Positions 58,666-64,000 of a DNA stretch of 64,000 nt are shown piece by piece. Source of the DNA: Schizochytrium sp. TIO01 (taxonomy: Eukaryota > Protista > Bigyra: Labyrinthulomycetes); contig SMSO01000025.1 of assembly GCA_004764695.1 (NCBI GenBank), positions 2,976,001 through 3,040,000 on the forward strand, given 5' to 3'. Within the stretch, counting starts at the first letter, position 1, and every line of letters begins with the position of its first letter. Position numbers and translations under genes: made by a program. The notes below the pieces were generated by a model that was not told the DNA's origin, made no database searches, and saw only the letters and a list, made by a program, of their open reading frames with translations.

Positions 58666-60564
58666 TCTTCCACGTGACTTAACCTTTGATGTATTCACAA
58701 AACATGCATAGCATAGTTTTACATTATGCATGCAAACACAAGCAATATAGACACAGAGCTGTGTTCTCGTGAAACCAGCTCTATACATGTGTAACACTAA
58801 ATTAACCTGCAAGAAGTAAATCTTGATCAGGAAGGCATCATGGAAGGTGGTGCCATTCTCCCAGTGAGAACTTCAGCGAATATATAGTAACTATCCTCTA
58901 ATTTAGTAGGAATAAAGAATAACCACAAATTACAGAAATGATGTGTCCTGAACCAATACCTGGGCAGTGTGCTTCCGCGTAAGGCGCCGGCCTTAGAATA
59001 CACTAGAATTTTACGTATTGCCATGTTAGTTTGTTAGCCCGAGCCATCTATTAAGTGCTTGGTGAATAATGTGGTCAGCGTCTGTAATGGAAATACCGGA
59101 TTATTTTGCCATGACATCATAGCAAGATTTGTCTCCTCCTATCAGTCCTACCCGTCTCATGTAAATGTCTAACTCATCAATCAATATCATCGCAACGAGG
59201 CAATGAGAAGCTTCACCAAACTCTCCAAGAATGAAGATTGGGTGGGTATTGCATGGTGTAATCCGCAAACGGCTTGTGTTTTGAGAGTAGGAGAAATTAT
59301 CGATGCTTCAAGGGGCAATACAATAGCTGACTCCGTGAAAGAACCCTCTGTCTTCAGTTCATGATGCTCATCGAAAATACTGATCAATAAAATTAATCCT
59401 CCTTGGGGTTGCTATTATTTTTTTAAACATAAGCGCTTGAAATGAAGCGATAAGTTGCACCGAACCCTCTTTTTGAATGTTTGTCCAGTTGATGCCACTC
59501 TCCATGACAACCAACCAGGAGGCAATTCTTGTTCGAATCAGCTGCCGGAGTAGACTCAGTAGAGCGATCTACGGCCTATCCCCAATTCAGACCGATGGGG
59601 ATTGCCGAGACTACCCGCAGCACAGGCACATTTTTAAGCAGGACAAAAAATCGGAAACTTATTTGTTAGAGAATCGTTTACACTAATACCGGTGTATGCA
59701 AAGAGGATGTCCATCCAAATAGCTTTCATAAGCTTTGGTCCCGCTTGCAATCCAGCGTCAAGTCTTGGCCTGCTGAGTTTCTTATATCTGCCACATACAA
59801 AATGCCGAGTAAACACAAACGAAACTAGTATAAACAAAACCTAATTGATACATTTTCTTAACAAGGGCTTTCCAGCTTGTACCTTTTCCTTGGAGTACGC
59901 CCGTTCCCTCGATCCTTTCATAACAAATCACTGTTTCAAAATTTCCTCTAAACCTGCTACTCAGTATTTGAAGAGAAGGTTTTGTATTGTGTTCACTCCC
60001 TTTGAAACTACATTTCCTGGCAGAACGGGCCAATTCACTAACCATGGGATAGGAAGAAATGTTGTTGAATTGATCCAAGATAATGCTCCCAATCATATCC
60101 AACCCAGCAATGTAGCACGTTGCTGACATAGCCAATATTATATGAACGTGATCGAAGGGAGCAGGATAAAACTGGTTAATCTTTCATGTTAAGGATATTC
60201 TACCTGTCTATTTGCAGGAGAAGCCCGCCAGTCAGGTTTTGTCCGACTGAATTTGAAGGGAGAAAGAAGAAGAATAAGAGAAAGAGAAAAGAAGACAAAA
60301 TTAAAATTGTCAAAATTACAATCATCGCCGAGGTACAAAACGCAAAACTTTGAAAAGACATAACCAGAAAGTTGCTTTAAAGGTGTTGCCATGAATGTAG
60401 ACTGTACTGCGATTCTACCCAAAGAATTAGATGACCAAAGGAAAGGATAACAGAATATGACACGTGGCAGCGTGAGAAAGAAGCGAACACCAAGCATAAG
60501 ATCTAATAGGTCAATCTCGCATGCAGTCTCGCATGCTTTGAATTAAAATGGGGTGGAATGTAAA

Positions 60565-61041
60565 TTACTGTGACTTGGTGCTGTTGCCAGCCTCCTTATC
60601 AAAGTTGGTAATAGATGCACGGACCACCTTGCTTGAGATCTCCTTGGAGAGAATCTGGCTAGCCTTCTTGCGCAAGTCGTTCATTGTGGAGACGCACTTG
60701 CCGTTATCGCCAAAGGGAAACCAGCAGAAGAAAATGTTAAGAATCGGCGCAAGGGGAATCACAAGCGGCAGAAACCCGGTGCTGCCGTCCGTAACCTCGC
60801 AGACTGTAACGCCGTCCTTGGAGCTTACGGTGATGGTCATTTGGTCGAGCCACTTTGCAGCCTTGGTCAGGTAGTCAATCACAACAGTATTTGCTGTCCT
60901 TTCCACAGGCACATAGTTGTCAAGTTCATCGCTCGCCTTCCAGAGAGCGTCAATTGTTTCTTCAACGCTAGCCTCCACGGTCCATGTGTGAACCTCAGAG
61001 TGAAAGTTGCGAACGCCAGGCAAGAGCAGCGCTGGCCGCAT
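60565..61041 (-). CDS. Uncharacterised ~158 aa protein with a hydrophobic segment near the C-terminus
   Basis: Open frame from ATG 61041 with host-like codon bias (AAG, GAC, ACC). Protein-like pattern YLT..AKWLD....STGFLPLVIPLAPILNIFFCWFPF.D.G, loosely reminiscent of DUF1499-like proteins (unverified). Confidence 0.65.
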   Translation of the reverse strand: MRPALLLPGVRNFHSEVHTWTVEASVEETIDALWKASDELDNYVPVERTANTVVIDYLTKAAKWLDQMTITVSSKDGVTVCEVTDGSTGFLPLVIPLAPILNIFFCWFPFGDNGKCVSTMNDLRKKASQILSKEISSKVVRASITNFDKEAGNSTKSQ

Positions 61042-64000
61042 CTTGGTCTGGAGCTTTCTCTGAAAGTTGATAAAGCCCATCCTGCTTACTCTATATAGAC
61101 CCCACTACTCGCTCGCGTGCGTGCGTACTCCTAGGTTCACTGGCCACTCGGTTCCTTCCTTCTCTGCTTTCCAGTGCTGTGCTGCGTTTCGGATTTGCTT
61201 CTTGTCTCTGGACTTTGCTTCAAGACTTCAAGCAGTCCAATCGCAGCTCGACTCTCAAGATTACAATTAACGAGTGTGAGCTTCCCATTACTTCCTTCCT
61301 TTACGCACTCATCCTAACCCCACTCCTACACGGCTCCCTAGTTACTTGTACCAGACAAGCGCTTTGGTCGAGCCTGAGCCCCGTACCAACTAAAATGAAC
61401 TCCTCCTCCTCGCTTCTGAAAACTCTCGCAGCAGAGAATGAAATGAACGCTGTCGAAAGTCGGAAACTACTATCAGTTGAGCTCATACCCTCCAGCGCCG
61501 ACGACTCTGCTCTGCGTACGTCCCTCCAAATGAATGAATACGCGCCGTCACGAGAGCCTGGAACGAGGAGGCTTCAGACTTAACTTCATCAAAGCACCCT
61601 TTGAAGAGAAGAGAAAGAAAGTTTTCTCACCCCTCTCTCTCTCTCTCTCTCTCCACACCCTAAACTAACCAAACGCGCAGTAAGAAAGAAGGTAACCAAC
61701 CTTTCATTCATCCACTCTGTGGAGAACAGGACTAATGACGACAACGCCATGGCGGTCAAGCTGCCGTGGAGTTCCATCTCTCTGGGACGCAGCGCTGTCT
61801 GAGCAAGCAGGCACATTGATTGCATTGGCCGTGTGCTCGACCGTCTGCTTCAGCGACGCGGACGTTCGACCCCCAAGACTCTCCTCTCCGTTCGACAAGG
61901 TGGCTTGGCTTGCTTGGCTCTGTCTGCAGACGCAGGCAAATCCCGTGTCATTCGCCGAGCAGCGACTTCTTCAGCACCATCATCATCTTCATCATCATCT
62001 TTTTATTATTATTCTTATTCTGTCTCTGATTTGATTGATTCCATTCCATAATGTCGTCGATACACCCCTTCAGAAGTTGGGTACTTCATGGCGTCATCCT
62101 CGAGAGCGACATCGAGATGACCAACAACACCACGATCAAGATGAGGACCAAGAACAACCTGAAGACGAAGCCCAACAACTTGAGGGCGACTGGATGGACC
62201 CGAATGGGCCGACCTGGTACATTTATTTATATCCACAAGTTGACTGTCGAGAACACTGGCATCGTCGGGGTCCGGCACGAAGCGAGTGAGTGAATGCTTC
62301 GCCGTAGTCTCGCAATCCAGGACGCCGTCCTTGGCCAGTCAGCAGTGTACAGTAGCTCGAGGTGGCGCAGCAGCTTCGAGGTTTAGCTCTCCATCCCAAG
62401 AGACTGAATGTGATGCAGATCGGGAAGGAGCTCCAACTCTGGAAACCTAGCTTAGGGCAGCCTTCACCGTCGCCGGCGCGGCGGCTGGCGAGAAGAAGAC
62501 TTGGGCGGAGTAGAGGAAAATGAAAGATAATACAGAGACTCGCGACAGCAGCGGGACTGGGCTTGCGAAGAGCAACAGCTTACCTTCGTCCGCCGCGGGC
62601 TGGCTGGAGGCGAAGAGGGCGGAGCTTGCTTTGCTCGAAAAGCCATCAGTCAGTCAGCAGAGTCTTCACTGCTGCGGTGTCTGCGAGGTGAGTGGCGAGA
62701 AATCTGTGTCGATGGAAACAAACACATCGTGGCGGAGGTTGGTTGTCAAAAGAGACTCCGATGGTTTATATAATCGATTGGTCTTTCGTGTGGCCTTTTG
62801 CAATTTCGATGACCCTCGCGTAGATGCAGATCTACCGGCACTGGTTTGAAGCCAGCGCAATGCAAACGGCGGCGACTGAGACTGTGTGAGAGAGTTGGTC
62901 AGACTGGTTCTTACGGCGGCGGCTGTGAATTCCTGCAAATCGATGATGCAAATCTCATCGATTTCACATTTCACAACTTCAGCGCTGGCATGACGCGAAG
63001 CTTCCCTGTTCTCCTATGGCTTTTGTAAGTGTGCATCGCGCACGGAGGAATACGCTGGTATTGAACGATACTTACCTCTAGCTAGAGGACAACCTACTAA
63101 CTTTTCTTATTCTTATTTAAAATTATTATCTTATGCGTATGTATCAACAATCCCACCGCGTTGAATCTGATTTGCTCAGTGTCAACGCAGACCTTGGTGA
63201 TGAGCGATATGAAACTACGGAATTATCATCCAGGGTAGTTATCAGTATTCCTCTTAAAATTAGGTTTTCGATTTGGAACATGACTCGAGACATTGCTTTT
63301 TTGCTTCTTTCTTTACCTTTTTTTTTCTTTCTTTTCTTTCTTATCACCACTATGGTATACCTACCTACCTACCTACCAAGCACGAATAGGGAGTGGCAAG
63401 AGGAAGGTCTTTCAAGTCTTTCATTAAAACGAGTCATCACTTAACTATAAAATAAAATTGTCGGACTGATTATGATGAGGATGGATACCAAAGCAAGCAC
63501 AGACGCGAAGCTTTAGGCCTATCTGGTCAGGAAAGCAGAGAGCGACGACTCTGCAGTTGAAACTCAAAACGCAAAGCTAAAGAGCATGAATAATCCATCC
63601 CTTCTGGGTTTTCGTTAATGGTGTACCATTCATTGATAAGAAATTTGCTGCAATCTTTCCACATCTAGAACAAAGTCCCCGAGGCTAAGCTAACTTGGTA
63701 CTTGCTGGCGATTTCCTGCGCGAGTTTGTGGTTGACGTTCGTCGCGGGACTTGGAGGTCGGGGCAAGTGCCTAGAATCGGTCTTTAGGCAGGCCAAACTT
63801 TTGATCTAGATTTACCCGGGACAAACTTGAGAAAGCTGGTTGCTTTCAAAGTGCATGCTAAACTCAAGCTTTCCCTGTGAGCAAGCAAGCAAGCAAGCAC
63901 CTGCGAACTCGCAGCGAGTCTCGCCAACCTAGAGGCCCGCGGAGAAGTACCTGGAGAGCGGGAATAAAGACCAGGCCTCATCGCACCTCAGATCGGCGCA

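Noticed and set aside
63068-63077. ATACTTACCT, matching the 5' end of U1 snRNA
   Set aside because: The downstream sequence lacks U1 stem-loops and an Sm site. It is better read as a minus-strand consensus splice donor (AG|GTAAGTAT) or chance.

Overview
Eukaryotic, intron-poor genomic DNA with compact single-exon CDSs and microsatellite-rich intergenic regions. The gene architectures (FKBP-TPR-cyclophilin fusion, membrane-anchored prolyl 4-hydroxylase with accessory domains, bacterial-like metabolic domains) suggest a stramenopile protist, possibly a thraustochytrid; this is inference only. There are 15 credible protein-coding genes: ABHD17-like hydrolase, MRJP/Yellow-like protein with HDEL, PHYH, a tandem pair of large membrane-associated APH/choline-kinase-like + beta-barrel fusion proteins, an ankyrin/IQ protein, an SRSF2-like protein, a membrane RING/TRAF-Zn E3, ETHE1, a dual-family immunophilin, eEF1B-gamma, SF3A1, a type II membrane JmjC protein, a P4H and a small unknown protein. 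A gene-poor stretch of about 13.6 kb lies at 43.4-57.0 kb. I recognised no tRNA, rRNA, CRISPR array or intact mobile element. The two strongest leads are (1) the tandem paralog pair, which looks like an intact small-molecule kinase plus a selectively inactivated pseudokinase, both with a conserved C-terminal DRSWG-type domain and an N-terminal LIR/AIM-like motif, and (2) a prolyl 4-hydroxylase fused to a VHL-beta-like domain, a possible hydroxyproline writer-plus-reader. Where the ORF track used GTG/TTG starts, CDS starts were moved to the first plausible ATG. All family assignments are by-eye motif recognition, not database results.
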